Shown: piece after piece, positions 1 to 10,889 of the stretch | How the letters are laid out: every line of letters begins with the position of its first letter | Numbering within the stretch: the first letter of the stretch is position 1 | DNA from: Nitrospirota bacterium | GTDB taxonomy: Bacteria > Nitrospirota > UBA9217 | Direction of reading: 5' to 3' | NCBI GenBank assembly: GCA_963754875.1 | Contig: CAVWHO010000014.1 | Location: 131,886-195,885, forward strand | Length of the DNA: 64,000 nt | Made by a program: the position numbers and the translations under genes | The notes under the pieces: generated by a model | Seen by the model: the letters and a program-made list of their open reading frames with translations, nothing else | What the model was told of the DNA's origin: nothing | Database searches by the model: none

Positions 1-2
1 TG

Positions 3-260
3 CTCATCGTCATTCTCGGGTTCTTTGCAGGCATCGGAGCTGCGATAGGTTCGGTAGTCCTGTGGGACGGCATGGACAAATCCGTAAAATCGATCGATAT
101 GGCGAAGAAGTTCGGTCATCCCGTACTCGCCATATTCCCCTACATCCAGCTTCCCCGTGAAAAAGACCGGGCGCAGGTCATGAACGTGCTGCTTTTTACG
201 GTCACCCTGCTCTACGTCGCAGGCATGGCCGTATTAGCGTTGGCTGCATCCAGGGGTTAG
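3..260 (+). CDS. C-terminal end of polysaccharide chain-length determinant (Wzz/Wzc-N type), partial
   Basis: Frame is open from the window edge: TM helix LIVILGFFAGIGAAIG, then D-x-S-V-K-S...PVLAIFP. Lies directly upstream of the tyrosine autokinase. Confidence 0.7.
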   Translation, partial: LIVILGFFAGIGAAIGSVVLWDGMDKSVKSIDMAKKFGHPVLAIFPYIQLPREKDRAQVMNVLLFTVTLLYVAGMAVLALAASRG

Positions 261-278
261 GGGGACCAGGGATAGCTC

Positions 279-1142
279 ATGAGTGAAAAAGAAATGACAG
301 CGGGACCGCAAAAAAAAGGGAAAGTGTACTCCATCCGCGCCAAGTGGTTGAGCAGACTCTACCGGGGAGACGCGGCCCCTTCCGAGTACAAACCGCCGGC
401 CCACTCATTGTCCGCCGGGGACGAGAAAAAGAAAAAGGACGCAACGCAGGTGAGGATCACGAGCCCCTACATCATCAAGTTCACCGCACAGGACGCGCAT
501 TTGTCCGAAGAGTACCGCAAACTGAAGGCGCCCGTACTGTCGATCGTGCAGAAGAATGCGAAGCACAACACATTCATGGTGACCAGTTCGGAAAGCGGGG
601 AAGGGAAAAGTCTCACGAGCGTCAATCTGGCGCTCGTTCTGGCACAGGAGTCCAACCGCACCGTACTCCTGGTGGACGCGGATTTGAGAAGACCGACACT
701 GCACACCTATTTGGGGGTAAGACCCGAGGTCGGTCTTGCGGACTGCATTCTTGACGGGGTCGATCTGCACGATGCCCTCATCAAGACGTCGGTGCCGCGG
801 CTGAATTTTCTGCCCGCCGGAAAAAAGACAGATACTCCGGCTGAGCTGCTTTCTTCCGACGCGATGAAGGCAATCGTGCAGGACATCAAGAGCAGATACC
901 ATGACCGGATCATCATTTTTGATACACCCCCGGCCCTGATCTTCGCCGATATCCGGGTGCTCAGCATGTTTTCCGATGGAATCATCTTTATCGTGAAAGA
1001 GGGGGTGGCTGAAAGCAATGTGCGCGAGGCCCTGGCCGCGTTGAAAGGGAGCCCCATCCTGGGGATCGTGTACAATGCCGTGAGTCCGGAGCAGCTCCAT
1101 GAACGGTATCACCGCTATTATCATTATTACAACCGCAAGTAG
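279..1142 (+). CDS. CpsD/CapB-family polysaccharide tyrosine autokinase
   Basis: EEYRKLK, Walker A (SSESGEGKS), LLVDADLRRP, FDTPP, C-terminal Tyr cluster YHRYYHYY. Confidence 0.92.
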   Translation: MSEKEMTAGPQKKGKVYSIRAKWLSRLYRGDAAPSEYKPPAHSLSAGDEKKKKDATQVRITSPYIIKFTAQDAHLSEEYRKLKAPVLSIVQKNAKHNTFMVTSSESGEGKSLTSVNLALVLAQESNRTVLLVDADLRRPTLHTYLGVRPEVGLADCILDGVDLHDALIKTSVPRLNFLPAGKKTDTPAELLSSDAMKAIVQDIKSRYHDRIIIFDTPPALIFADIRVLSMFSDGIIFIVKEGVAESNVREALAALKGSPILGIVYNAVSPEQLHERYHRYYHYYNRK

Positions 1143-1577
1143 AACTATAACTATACGCAAAGCCGGTCGACGCCCAGTCTGCCGTGCTTTGCGACAGCAG
1201 CTTTGCCGTAAGGTTCGGAACGTCCGGGTCAGGATGGTGCGCAGAACGCGGACCCGCATCCTTTCATCGTAACGAGGGCGGGAATACGCCTTGAGAATCT
1301 ACCCTTCGGCCATTCACTGTGACCGAAAGGGCGAAGCATTGTTTATCGTGTTCAGCTTTTACGATTGCCGGCGTCGATCCTGCCCTTCGCCGGCCCTTAG
1401 GTAAGACAGTTCAGAATGATATAACTCCTCTGGTTGTTTGCCTCATTCGGCATCATTACACCCCTCAATCAGTTCTCTCTTTCAAGAGAACTTCAGTATT
1501 GCGACCGATTTTTCATAAAGACAGAGACCGGCAAGCCGCGAGATTCCGGCAAAGCTAAAATTCTGAAAATAACGCCG

Positions 1578-2705
1578 ATGCAAAACAACGACATTTTCAC
1601 ACACAATACAGCCCTCCATGACAGCGTCTACGGCTGCTATCGGGAGGAATGTTTCCACGAACTGCTCGCTTTCGAACGAAGGCGGCACGAGCGGTCCGGC
1701 AGGTCGTTCCTCGTGATGATGCTGGATTTCACCGGCATTACCGACCTGAAGATGCGGCATGAAGCCGTCCGGGCCGTCATGAACGCTCTTTCTCTGCACA
1801 CCCGGTCGACCGATATCAAGGGTTGGTACTGGGGCGATAAAGTCCTGGGCGTCATCATGACGGAAATGCTCGTTATCGAGAAGGACGCCTTGAAGGGGAA
1901 GATCCTCCAGTACTTGCAGACCGGCTCGACACAAGAACTGCTCGACGTCATAAAAATGTCCTTTCATCAGTTTCCCGAGGACGGCAGGTTGAGCCATATG
2001 GTGGACGGCCCGTCTTGCCTGACCTTCTATGCCGACGTCGACAAGCAGAAACGGACCAAAATCAACAGCTACCGGATAAAAAGGACCATCGATGTCATCG
2101 GAAGCATTGCAGGGCTCGTGCTTTTTTCCCCCTTCTTCATCCTGATCGCGATCGGGATCAAACTGACTTCACGGGGGCCGCTGTTGTTCCGGCAGGAACG
2201 GGCCGGACAGTTCGGGGAGAAATTCATGTTTCTGAAATTCAGGAGCATGTACGTCAACAGTGACCAGGACGTCCACAGGGAGTTTGTCCAGAATTTCATT
2301 ACCAGGAAACCGACCGGACAAGACAACGGGGGTAATTCCGGGAAAACGGTGTACAAAATCACGAAGGACAAGAGGGTCACGACCTTCGGGTACTTCCTGC
2401 GGAAGACGAGCCTCGATGAACTCCCTCAGTTCCTGAATGTGCTCAAGGGAGATATGTCGTTGGTTGGGCCGAGGCCTCCCCTCCCGTATGAACTGGAGAA
2501 GTATGACAGCTGGCACTGGCGCCGTATCATGGAGGTAAAACCGGGGATCACGGGTCTTTGGCAGGTCATGGGGAGGAGTTCAACCACCTTTGACGACATG
2601 GTGCGCCTGGACCTCAAATATGTTACGAATTGGTCGCTGTGGCTGGACATCATGATCCTGTTCAAAACTCCGCGGGCCGTTGTCAGCGGAAAAGGTGCCT
2701 ATTAA
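1578..2705 (+). CDS. Priming sugar transferase (Bac_transf) with a degenerate GGDEF-like N-terminal domain
   Basis: KRTIDVIGS, FLKFRSM, LRKTSLDELPQ, GDMSLVGPRP, KPGITGLWQV. I prefer the ATG at 1578 over the TTG at 1434. Confidence 0.9.
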   Translation: MQNNDIFTHNTALHDSVYGCYREECFHELLAFERRRHERSGRSFLVMMLDFTGITDLKMRHEAVRAVMNALSLHTRSTDIKGWYWGDKVLGVIMTEMLVIEKDALKGKILQYLQTGSTQELLDVIKMSFHQFPEDGRLSHMVDGPSCLTFYADVDKQKRTKINSYRIKRTIDVIGSIAGLVLFSPFFILIAIGIKLTSRGPLLFRQERAGQFGEKFMFLKFRSMYVNSDQDVHREFVQNFITRKPTGQDNGGNSGKTVYKITKDKRVTTFGYFLRKTSLDELPQFLNVLKGDMSLVGPRPPLPYELEKYDSWHWRRIMEVKPGITGLWQVMGRSSTTFDDMVRLDLKYVTNWSLWLDIMILFKTPRAVVSGKGAY

Positions 2706-2713
2706 TTTTTGAC

Positions 2714-3162
2714 CATCTCCTTCTTGAATGGGTCGAAAAGACAGTTGATGTCAACGAGACAACACGCTTCTAGCTGCTTCACCTAGTCGCTTGTGGGTTT
2801 TTTGCACATCCCTTTCGCGTCCTGAATGAAATTTTTGACCCGTCTAAGGCCACGTCCGCTCGATCACGCAAACTCGGCCTACGGCCTCAGACAGTGCGCG
2901 CTCGCCCTTGCAGGACGCTTCCTTAGGCCAAGACGGGTGCCCAAAAATTTCATAGGGCCGCTCCAGGGACGTGCGGATTGGGGTAAACCCCATGCGAAAA
3001 TTTAGCCGGGCGACCGAGTCCGAGGGTGAAGCATTTCGGACTGTCTGAGCCAGAAGGGCGAGTTTCCGAAATGTACCGAGGACGACCGAGGCTGGCGTAA
3101 AGAATTTTCGCCGGGTGCCCTTCTTTGGGTCACCTTTCTTGGGCACGCAAGAAAGGTGACAA
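2714..3162. repeat. ~450 bp structured dispersed repeat, copy 1
   Basis: Closely similar to 30589-31038 and to the reverse complement of 45506-45976; nested inverted repeats. Confidence 0.95.
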
Positions 3163-3348
3163 AGAATAAAGCCTTTTATATAACAGAAATAAACACACAG
3201 ACAATTTAAGTACCCACATAGAAGTCAGAAGACCCATTTATTTGTCGTACGCGGGGCAACGAAGAATAATCGTCGGGCAGTGACATGATATCCATAGTGA
3301 TCTCGGGATAAAAAGAATTTAACATCAAGAGGCAGAGTCGGAGGGACA

Positions 3349-4350
3349 ATGATCAAGGTCGGCATCATAGGATACGGGTACTGGGGACCGAACATCGTGA
3401 GAAACTTCAGCAGCACCGAGGGGAGCACGGTCCTGTCCATCTGCGACTGCGACCAGGCGGCCTTGCACCGGGCGCACCTGGCCCATCAGAACATTCCCGT
3501 AACGCATGACTGGAACGACATCCTCTCTTCGTCAGAGATCGATGTGGTGGCCGTGGTCACGCCGGTTTCGACCCATTTCGAACTGGCGAAAAAGGCGCTT
3601 GAAAACGGAAAACATGTGTTCGTGGAAAAGCCCTTTACGGCCACGGTTGCAGAGGCGGAGGAGTTGATAACGCTGGCAGAGAAAAAGAAGCTTACCATCA
3701 TGGTGGACCATACGTTTATCTTTACCGGCGCGGTGAGAAAGATCAAGGAACTCGTGGAAGAGAAAGCCCTCGGAGACCTCTACTACTATGACTCGGTCAG
3801 GGTGAACCTTGGGCTGTTCCAGCGCGACGTGAATGTGATATGGGACCTCGCCCCCCATGACTTTGCCGTCATGGACTATCTCCTCGATGAAAGGCCCGTC
3901 GCCGTGTCCGCCTGCGGCAAAGCGCATGTAAACGGACAGGAGGACACCGCCTATGTCACGGCCCTGTTCAGCAATAACCTGATCGCCCACTTCAACGTCA
4001 ACTGGCTGTCGCCGGTCAAAGTGAGGACCACGCTCATCGGCGGCGAGAAAAAGATGCTTGTCTGGAACGACCTGGAGGCGGACGAAAAGATCAAAATATA
4101 TGATAAGGGTGTGGAGGTCAAGAGCAAGGAAGACGACTATACGATGCGCGTCAACTACCGCTCCGGCGACATGTATTCGCCCCGCGTCGAACCGAGCGAG
4201 GCGCTCAAGATAGAGACAACGTATTTCCTGAAATGCATCAAACAGAATATGACGCCGATTAATGACGGCCGCGCCGGTCTGCGCGTTGTCAGGATGCTTG
4301 AGGCCTGCAGTGAATCCCTCAGAAAAAAAGGGAGAGAGATAGCTTTATGA
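3349..4350 (+). CDS. Gfo/Idh/MocA oxidoreductase (WbpB/WlbA-like)
   Basis: [23 protein letters not shown]. Confidence 0.9.
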   Translation: MIKVGIIGYGYWGPNIVRNFSSTEGSTVLSICDCDQAALHRAHLAHQNIPVTHDWNDILSSSEIDVVAVVTPVSTHFELAKKALENGKHVFVEKPFTATVAEAEELITLAEKKKLTIMVDHTFIFTGAVRKIKELVEEKALGDLYYYDSVRVNLGLFQRDVNVIWDLAPHDFAVMDYLLDERPVAVSACGKAHVNGQEDTAYVTALFSNNLIAHFNVNWLSPVKVRTTLIGGEKKMLVWNDLEADEKIKIYDKGVEVKSKEDDYTMRVNYRSGDMYSPRVEPSEALKIETTYFLKCIKQNMTPINDGRAGLRVVRMLEACSESLRKKGREIAL

Positions 4351-4826
4351 AATATCACTCCATCGCAGACGACGTCCAACTCGGGAAAAACGTCAAGCTC
4401 GCCAATTTCATCAACCTCTATGGGTGCGTCATCGGCGATAATACCAAGATCGGCACCTTCGTCGAGGTGCAGAAGAACGCCTTTATCGGGAAGAACTGCA
4501 AGATCCAGAGCCATACGTTCATCTGTGAAGGGGTGACCATCGAGGACGACGTCTTCGTCGGCCACGGCGTCACGTTCATCAACGACAAGTACCCCCAAGC
4601 CACGAACGGCAAGGGAGGGCTGCAGACCGAGGCGGACTGGGCAGTGGTCCCCACCGTCGTAAAAAAAGGGGCCTCCGTCGGGTCCGGCTCGACGATCCTC
4701 TGCAACGTTACGATCGGAGAAAAGGCAATCGTCGGCTCGGGAAGCGTGGTCACGAAAGATGTTCCTCCCAACGCAATCGTTGCAGGAAATCCCGCCAGGA
4801 TCATAAGGAAGATCGCCCATGAATGA
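4347..4826 (+). CDS. Hexapeptide-repeat N-acetyltransferase (WbpD/WlbB-like)
   Basis: Left-handed beta-helix repeats, FINDKYP, VAGNPAR; ATGA overlap with upstream gene. Confidence 0.9.
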   Translation: MKYHSIADDVQLGKNVKLANFINLYGCVIGDNTKIGTFVEVQKNAFIGKNCKIQSHTFICEGVTIEDDVFVGHGVTFINDKYPQATNGKGGLQTEADWAVVPTVVKKGASVGSGSTILCNVTIGEKAIVGSGSVVTKDVPPNAIVAGNPARIIRKIAHE

Positions 4827-6099
4827 CCGGATACCTTTTATCGATTTAGCGCTGCAGCACCGCGAGTTGGAATGGGAGTTCGTCGCCGTCTTTCGCGATG
4901 CGCTCAAGACCGGCCAGTTCATCGGCGGGCCGATGGTCGAGGCATTCGAGAGGGACTTCGCAGCGTTCTGCGGCACGAAGCATGCGATAGGGGTAGGCAG
5001 CGGAACGGATGCCCTGCGCTTCGCCCTGATCGCGGCGGGTGTGAAGCACGGCGATGTGGTGCTGACCGTGCCGAATACCTTCATAGCAACGACGGAGGCA
5101 GTCTCGCAAGCGGGTGCGGACGTCGAATTCATCGATGTCGATGAAAGAACGTACAACATGGATACGGAGAAACTTCGTACGTTCCTGATGAATGAGTGCG
5201 TGTTCGAGTTCGCGACAGGCTTGACCGTCCATCGTCAAACCGGGAAAACAATCAAGGCGATAATCCCCGTACATCTCTACGGCCAGACTGTTGACATGGA
5301 CGGGATCCGGGAGCTGGCAAAACAGTACGGGCTCATCATCATAGAAGACGCCTGCCAGGCCCACGGCGCCCTCTATTTTTCGAAAAGCGCAAACAAATGG
5401 GAAAAGGCGGGCGCCATGGGGAGGGCGGCTGCGTTCAGCTTCTATCCCGGCAAAAACCTTGGGGCCTTCGGAGAAGCCGGCGCAATCACGACCAACGACG
5501 ATCAGATAGCCGGGACGGTGCGGATGCTGCGCGACCACGGCCAGAGCAAGAAATATTATCATGAATTGGAAGGGTACAACGGGAGGCTCGATGCAATCCA
5601 GGCCGGCATCCTGCAGATCAAGCTTCAACACCTTGCATCATGGAACGAGGACCGGAGACGGATCGCACAACGCTATAATGAAATGCTTGCATCGATCGAC
5701 GGCGTCATTGTTCCGTTCGAGCCTGAATGGTGCCAGGCCGTCTACCATTTATACGTGGTCCGGACAAAACACCGGGATGCCCTCCAGTCATTCCTTGCGG
5801 AGAGGCATATATCGACCGGCCTTCACTACCCGATCCCCCTACACCAGCAGAAAGCCTATGGAGCCGCGAAATTTTCCAATAGAAATCTTGGCGTCTCGGA
5901 GCGGGTTGCGCAGGAAATCCTTTCCCTGCCCATTTTCCCGGGCATGACGGAACAGCAGCAGTACCAGGTTGTGGACGGCATCCGGGATTTTATGATTTCC
6001 GCGGCCCTGCAAGAAGTTGCTAATAAAAAAACAATTGCTCTTACCACGACGACGCCAGATGGTCAACAAAATCCGGAATCTTCCTCATTACAGACGTGA
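4819..6099 (+). CDS. DegT/DnrJ/EryC1/StrS aminotransferase (WbpE-like)
   Basis: [37 protein letters not shown]. Confidence 0.93.
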   Translation: MNDRIPFIDLALQHRELEWEFVAVFRDALKTGQFIGGPMVEAFERDFAAFCGTKHAIGVGSGTDALRFALIAAGVKHGDVVLTVPNTFIATTEAVSQAGADVEFIDVDERTYNMDTEKLRTFLMNECVFEFATGLTVHRQTGKTIKAIIPVHLYGQTVDMDGIRELAKQYGLIIIEDACQAHGALYFSKSANKWEKAGAMGRAAAFSFYPGKNLGAFGEAGAITTNDDQIAGTVRMLRDHGQSKKYYHELEGYNGRLDAIQAGILQIKLQHLASWNEDRRRIAQRYNEMLASIDGVIVPFEPEWCQAVYHLYVVRTKHRDALQSFLAERHISTGLHYPIPLHQQKAYGAAKFSNRNLGVSERVAQEILSLPIFPGMTEQQQYQVVDGIRDFMISAALQEVANKKTIALTTTTPDGQQNPESSSLQT

Positions 6100-6281
6100 A
6101 ACACCTTGCGTCCTTCGTAGTCACGCATCTTATGATAATTGGAAAGAGGATGGTTGAGTCTGGAATACTCCTCGTTCAACTGATTTGCTGATTACCTCTG
6201 TACGCAAATCACAAATCCATGTCAGGTAAATTTAATTATTTCTTCGAATATTGAAGGTTCACGTCTTATTGACCGAATAAC

Positions 6282-7328
6282 ATGCCCATGATTGATGACC
6301 TTGAAATCATAAATCCGATCGAGTACCCAGGTTGGGACGACCTGCTATTCTCCCATCCCGATTACTCCTTCTTTCATACATCGCACTGGGCGAGCGTGCT
6401 GCATGACTCCTACGGCTATCAGCCCCGTTACTTCGCGATCATCGACCAAAAAAAAATGTCCGCCTGCATCCCCGTCATGGAGGTCCGAAGCGCCCTCACA
6501 GGAACGCGGGGGGTGTCCCTGCCGTTCACTGATTACTGCATTCCCCTTGTTTCTGCCACTTACTCACTGGACGACATGTTTTCTAGTCTCGTGCAATACG
6601 GTGCAAAGACAGGCTGGCAATCTATTGAAATGCGCGGCGGAGAAAAACTTCCACAGCACTGGCCGTGTCATTCCAGCTTCTACGGTCATACGCTCGATCT
6701 TCGTTCTTCGGAAGAAACCCTTTTTTCAAACATCAAGGACAGCACCCGGAGAAACATCAGAAAAGCGCAGCGGGAAGAGGTAACGGTCTTCATGAGCAGC
6801 GTTCCCGAAGCGACGGAGGAATTCTACCGTCTAAACTGCATCACCAGAAAAGCGCACGGTCTACCACCGCAGCCGGCCTGTTTCTTCAAGAAAATTCAAG
6901 AGCATGTCCTCTCCAAGGGCCATGGTTTCATCGCGCTCGCCCGCCATAAAGGCAATGCTATTGCCGGCGCCGTCTATTTCCAATTCGGAAAGCGTGTAAT
7001 GTATAAGTATGGCGCATCGGATTTGCGGTACCTGCATTTGAGGCCGAACGATCTGGTCATGTGGGATGCTATCAGATGGTCTCAAAGTCAAGGATATGCT
7101 AGCCTGTGCTTCGGCAGGACCGAGCCGGAGAATGCTGGGCTGCGGGCCTTTAAAAACGGATGGGGTACTGAAGAAAGGGTTGTCCGTTATGCCCTGTACG
7201 ATATAAAGCAAGAGCAGTTCATGACCGGCGACGCGACCGCAAGGACCGTGAGCGCGGCGATACTGAGGAGGATGCCGGTACCTTTCTTGAAAATTATCGG
7301 CAATGCATTGTACAGGCATGTGGGATGA
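6282..7328 (+). CDS. FemAB-related GNAT-family protein (EPS-associated)
   Basis: VSLPFTDY, RRNIRKA, YKYGAS, FGRT...GLRAFK..WG. Confidence 0.8.
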   Translation: MPMIDDLEIINPIEYPGWDDLLFSHPDYSFFHTSHWASVLHDSYGYQPRYFAIIDQKKMSACIPVMEVRSALTGTRGVSLPFTDYCIPLVSATYSLDDMFSSLVQYGAKTGWQSIEMRGGEKLPQHWPCHSSFYGHTLDLRSSEETLFSNIKDSTRRNIRKAQREEVTVFMSSVPEATEEFYRLNCITRKAHGLPPQPACFFKKIQEHVLSKGHGFIALARHKGNAIAGAVYFQFGKRVMYKYGASDLRYLHLRPNDLVMWDAIRWSQSQGYASLCFGRTEPENAGLRAFKNGWGTEERVVRYALYDIKQEQFMTGDATARTVSAAILRRMPVPFLKIIGNALYRHVG

Positions 7329-8311
7329 GCCGGGAAACCGAAAGGATAGGGACGTTGGCCGCAGATTATCGCAGTAACATATCTTATTATCATTTTGTAA
7401 AACCATTTATCCCGCGAAAGGTACAGATATTTTTGCGGAGAATGCTCATCCGGTACCAAATGAAGAAGTATAAGGACATCTGGCCCATTGATGAAAAAGC
7501 CGGGAAGGCCCCGCAGGGGTGGTCCGGATGGCCCGACAACAAAAAATTCGTCCTGGTTCTCACACACGATGTCGATACCGCGGTCGGTCATGAACGGTGC
7601 CTTGATCTCGCCATGATGGAGGAACGGCTGGGATTCCGGTCGTCGTTCAATTTTGTTCCGTTGAGATACGATGTTTCGGCAGAGGTCAGGTCAACGCTCG
7701 AGCAGCGGGGGTTTGAAGTAGGTGTGCACGGCCTCTATCACGACGGAAAGTACTACCGGTCGAAGGAAATATTTCGCAAGCGTGTACAAAAGATCAATGA
7801 GTATCTCAAAGAATGGAAGTGCGCAGGGTACCGGGCACCATGCATGTACCATAAATTGGACTGGTTTCATGAGCTTAATATAGAATATGACGCTTCAACG
7901 TTCGACAATGACCCCTTTGAGCCTTATTCGGCCGGGGTGGGAACGATCTTCCCCTTTGTCGTCACCTGCGACGAGACGAAACGCTCCTTTGTGGAACTGC
8001 CGTACACTCTTCCTCAGGATTATACGCTATTTATTCTTATGCAAATGAACTCTATTGATGTCTGGAAAATGAAGCTGGAGTGGGTTATCAAACACGGGGG
8101 AACTGTTCTTGTGAACACGCATCCCGACTATATGAACTTCAAGGGGAGAAAAAAAAGCACTCAAGAATACTCGGCCTGTTATTATCAAGATCTCCTTACA
8201 TACATTCAGTCGAAATACTCGGGGCAATATTGGCATGTATTGCCGAAGGACTTGGCGCGTTTCTGGCGGCAGAATTATGTCATGGTGAACAAGCCACGGC
8301 AGAGGGTTTGA
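7325..8311 (+). CDS. Polysaccharide deacetylase-like protein
   Basis: VLTHDVD, EVGVHGLYHDG, NTHPDY. Confidence 0.75.
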   Translation: MSRETERIGTLAADYRSNISYYHFVKPFIPRKVQIFLRRMLIRYQMKKYKDIWPIDEKAGKAPQGWSGWPDNKKFVLVLTHDVDTAVGHERCLDLAMMEERLGFRSSFNFVPLRYDVSAEVRSTLEQRGFEVGVHGLYHDGKYYRSKEIFRKRVQKINEYLKEWKCAGYRAPCMYHKLDWFHELNIEYDASTFDNDPFEPYSAGVGTIFPFVVTCDETKRSFVELPYTLPQDYTLFILMQMNSIDVWKMKLEWVIKHGGTVLVNTHPDYMNFKGRKKSTQEYSACYYQDLLTYIQSKYSGQYWHVLPKDLARFWRQNYVMVNKPRQRV

Positions 8312-8387
8312 AACTGTGAAGACCTTATTTAAATCCACGGACAGAATCTTTGAGAGTTTTAGTAGGTTTTCCCTCCTTAGATAACAT

Positions 8388-9449
8388 ATGAAAGGGAATC
8401 GCACTGTGCCAGAAAATCATAGAGGCAAGATTTGGATAGATTTGGATAATTCTCCCCACGTTCCTTTTTTCAAACCCATTATGGAACGACTGAGGGGCCA
8501 TGGCTACGAAATTGTTCTTACGGCAAGGGATTGTTTTCAAACATGCGGTCTTGCAGACCTCTATGGCATGAATTACAAGAAGATCGGCAAACATTTTGGC
8601 AAGAACAAGGTCCTTAAGGTCTTGGGGCTTGTGATTCGAACGATACAGCTCATGCCCACGGTGTTAAAAGAGAAGCCAAACTTGGCATTATCTCACGGTT
8701 CCAGGGCCCAAATGTTCGCGGCGTTCCTGTTAAGGATTCCTTCAGTTGTAATAAGTGATTACGAATATACAAAAAAAATATTCAATCCCACATGGCAAAT
8801 CATGCCGGAAGTAATCAACACAGACAAGCTTTCTAATAAAAAAAATGTTTTAAAATATCCTGGTATTAAAGAAGATGTTTATGCCCCAGATTTCAAGCCT
8901 GCCGCCGATATTCGTCAGGAATTCGGAATTAGCGAAGACGAGTACATCATAACCGTGCGGCCCCCTGCAACGGAAGCTCATTACCATAACCCCGAAAGCG
9001 AGAAACTATTTGAAGCAGCAATAGAATTTCTCTGCAATAAGGAAAATACGCGTATTATTATGCTGCCGCGCAATGATCGGCAGAAGAACATGATTAATAA
9101 CAAGTGGTCGCGATGGTGCAAGGATAAAAAAATAATAATTCCCGAGCAAGTTCTAAACGGGCTTAATCTTATCTGGTACTCGGACTTTGTGATCAGTGGC
9201 GGCGGCACGATGAATAGAGAGGCTGCCGCATTAAGGGTGCCGGTTTACAGCGTCTTTAGAGGGAAAATCGGAGATGTAGACCGGTACTTGTCGGGAAATG
9301 GCTTCCTGACCTTGTTGGAGAGCATAAATGATGTTCAAACGAAAATCAGGTTAGTGAAGCGGCATCGAGTAAAAACATCGATGGATGTTAATCATAAGGC
9401 CTTGACCAGTATCGTAGATGAGATTATATCCGTCATGGAAACGCAATGA
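8388..9449 (+). CDS. DUF354-family (GT-B-like) protein
   Basis: IWIDLDNSPHV, YPGIKE, ISGGGTMNREAA. Confidence 0.85.
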   Translation: MKGNRTVPENHRGKIWIDLDNSPHVPFFKPIMERLRGHGYEIVLTARDCFQTCGLADLYGMNYKKIGKHFGKNKVLKVLGLVIRTIQLMPTVLKEKPNLALSHGSRAQMFAAFLLRIPSVVISDYEYTKKIFNPTWQIMPEVINTDKLSNKKNVLKYPGIKEDVYAPDFKPAADIRQEFGISEDEYIITVRPPATEAHYHNPESEKLFEAAIEFLCNKENTRIIMLPRNDRQKNMINNKWSRWCKDKKIIIPEQVLNGLNLIWYSDFVISGGGTMNREAAALRVPVYSVFRGKIGDVDRYLSGNGFLTLLESINDVQTKIRLVKRHRVKTSMDVNHKALTSIVDEIISVMETQ

Positions 9450-9468
9450 AATGGAGAATTACTGAGCC

Positions 9469-10563
9469 ATGGTGATTCATCTTGTATGTGCCGCTAGACC
9501 CAATTTTATGAAAGTAGCTCCTCTCTATCACGCGCTCAAGAAAGAGCGCTGGGCCGACCCGGTTCTTGTCCATACGGGCCAGCACTATGATCTCAATATG
9601 TCCGATGCCTTTTTCGATGATCTCGGTCTGCCACATCCGGACATTTATCTTGATGTGAAAAGTGGTTCCCATGCGGAGCAAACCGGCAGAGTCATGATGT
9701 CCTATGAAAAGGTTTTGCAAGAGAAGAGGCCTGACTTGGTAGTAGTTGTCGGAGATGTGAACTCAACCATGGCCGCAACTATTGCGGCATCCAAATTGGG
9801 CATCAGGGTAGCCCATCTGGAGGCTGGACTGCGGTCTTTCGACAGAACTATGCCGGAAGAGCTAAACAGACTGGTTACCGATGTTCTAGCGGATATACTG
9901 TGGGTACCTTCACGAGATGCAGCTGAAAATTTATATAAAGAAGGGATATCTTCGGATAAAATCCAATTTGTGGGTAATATTATGATAGATTCCCTTGAAA
10001 TGTTGCGAACAAAGATTGAAAACCAAAAAACATTTTTTGACTTTGGTCTGGAAGCGGGAGATTATGGTGTGGTAACCCTGCATCGTCCGTCGAACGTAGA
10101 TGATCCGATTGTGTTGAAAAAAGTTTGCGATGTCCTTCAGGAAATTGCGAAAAGAGTACCCCTTATTTTCCCTGTTCATCCGAGGACACGAAAAAAAATG
10201 GAGGAGAATCAACTCCTGTCCACGATGGAACGTTGCGAGAAACTGTTCATGCCAGAACCTCTCAACTACATTCGTTTCATGAATCTGGTTTTCAACTGTC
10301 GCCTCGTGATCACAGACTCCGGCGGTATTCAGGAGGAAACGACCTATCTCGGCATTCCATGCCTCACGGTTAGGAAAAATACCGAGAGGCCGATCACCAT
10401 TACTCACGGTACAAATCAACTGTGCAATCTAGATCAGTTGAAACGAAAAACTGATGAGGTTTCTCAAGGCCCTCTCAGGGAACGAAAGAGTATCGAGCTT
10501 TGGGATGGGAAAACAGCGGGAAGGATAGTTGCTGTCATCCGATCGAATAATTTCTATAATTAA
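9469..10563 (+). CDS. wecB: UDP-N-acetylglucosamine 2-epimerase, non-hydrolysing (WecB/WbpI-like)
   Basis: ARPNFMK, HTGQHYD, VGDVNST, HLEAGLRS, TDSGGIQEE. Confidence 0.92.
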   Translation: MVIHLVCAARPNFMKVAPLYHALKKERWADPVLVHTGQHYDLNMSDAFFDDLGLPHPDIYLDVKSGSHAEQTGRVMMSYEKVLQEKRPDLVVVVGDVNSTMAATIAASKLGIRVAHLEAGLRSFDRTMPEELNRLVTDVLADILWVPSRDAAENLYKEGISSDKIQFVGNIMIDSLEMLRTKIENQKTFFDFGLEAGDYGVVTLHRPSNVDDPIVLKKVCDVLQEIAKRVPLIFPVHPRTRKKMEENQLLSTMERCEKLFMPEPLNYIRFMNLVFNCRLVITDSGGIQEETTYLGIPCLTVRKNTERPITITHGTNQLCNLDQLKRKTDEVSQGPLRERKSIELWDGKTAGRIVAVIRSNNFYN

Positions 10564-10889
10564 TATTTGCGATCCGTGATAGGCAATACGTGATTCGCTA
10601 TCTCTTCTGTGATACTTCGGCTCATGGCAATTTATGTATCTGTGCTTTAATGGCCGTGGAGACATAAAGATATTGTCACAGATCAAATGCGGGTTTAGTG
10701 AATACGAATGGCGTGACAGTAGTGCGTAAACAGCGAGGATCAATGCGTCTGTTACCAGCCTCCGAGAATACTGACTAAAGAATGGCTAGGAAGGTTTCGA
10801 TTCATACGATACATGGAACAAGCGCATATTCAATCATACCAGAATATTAGGCAACTCTAAGTATTTTGCCAAGATTCGAGGAATTTTCA

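Noticed and set aside
2844..3146. ORFs beginning MPKKGDPKKGTRR (also 30720-31022 and within 45444-45653)
   Set aside because: They lie within the structured repeat, the frame is not preserved in copy 3, and substitutions track base pairing. Probably spurious.
10780..10810. GGTTTCGATTC as a tRNA T-arm
   Set aside because: No cloverleaf stems around it.
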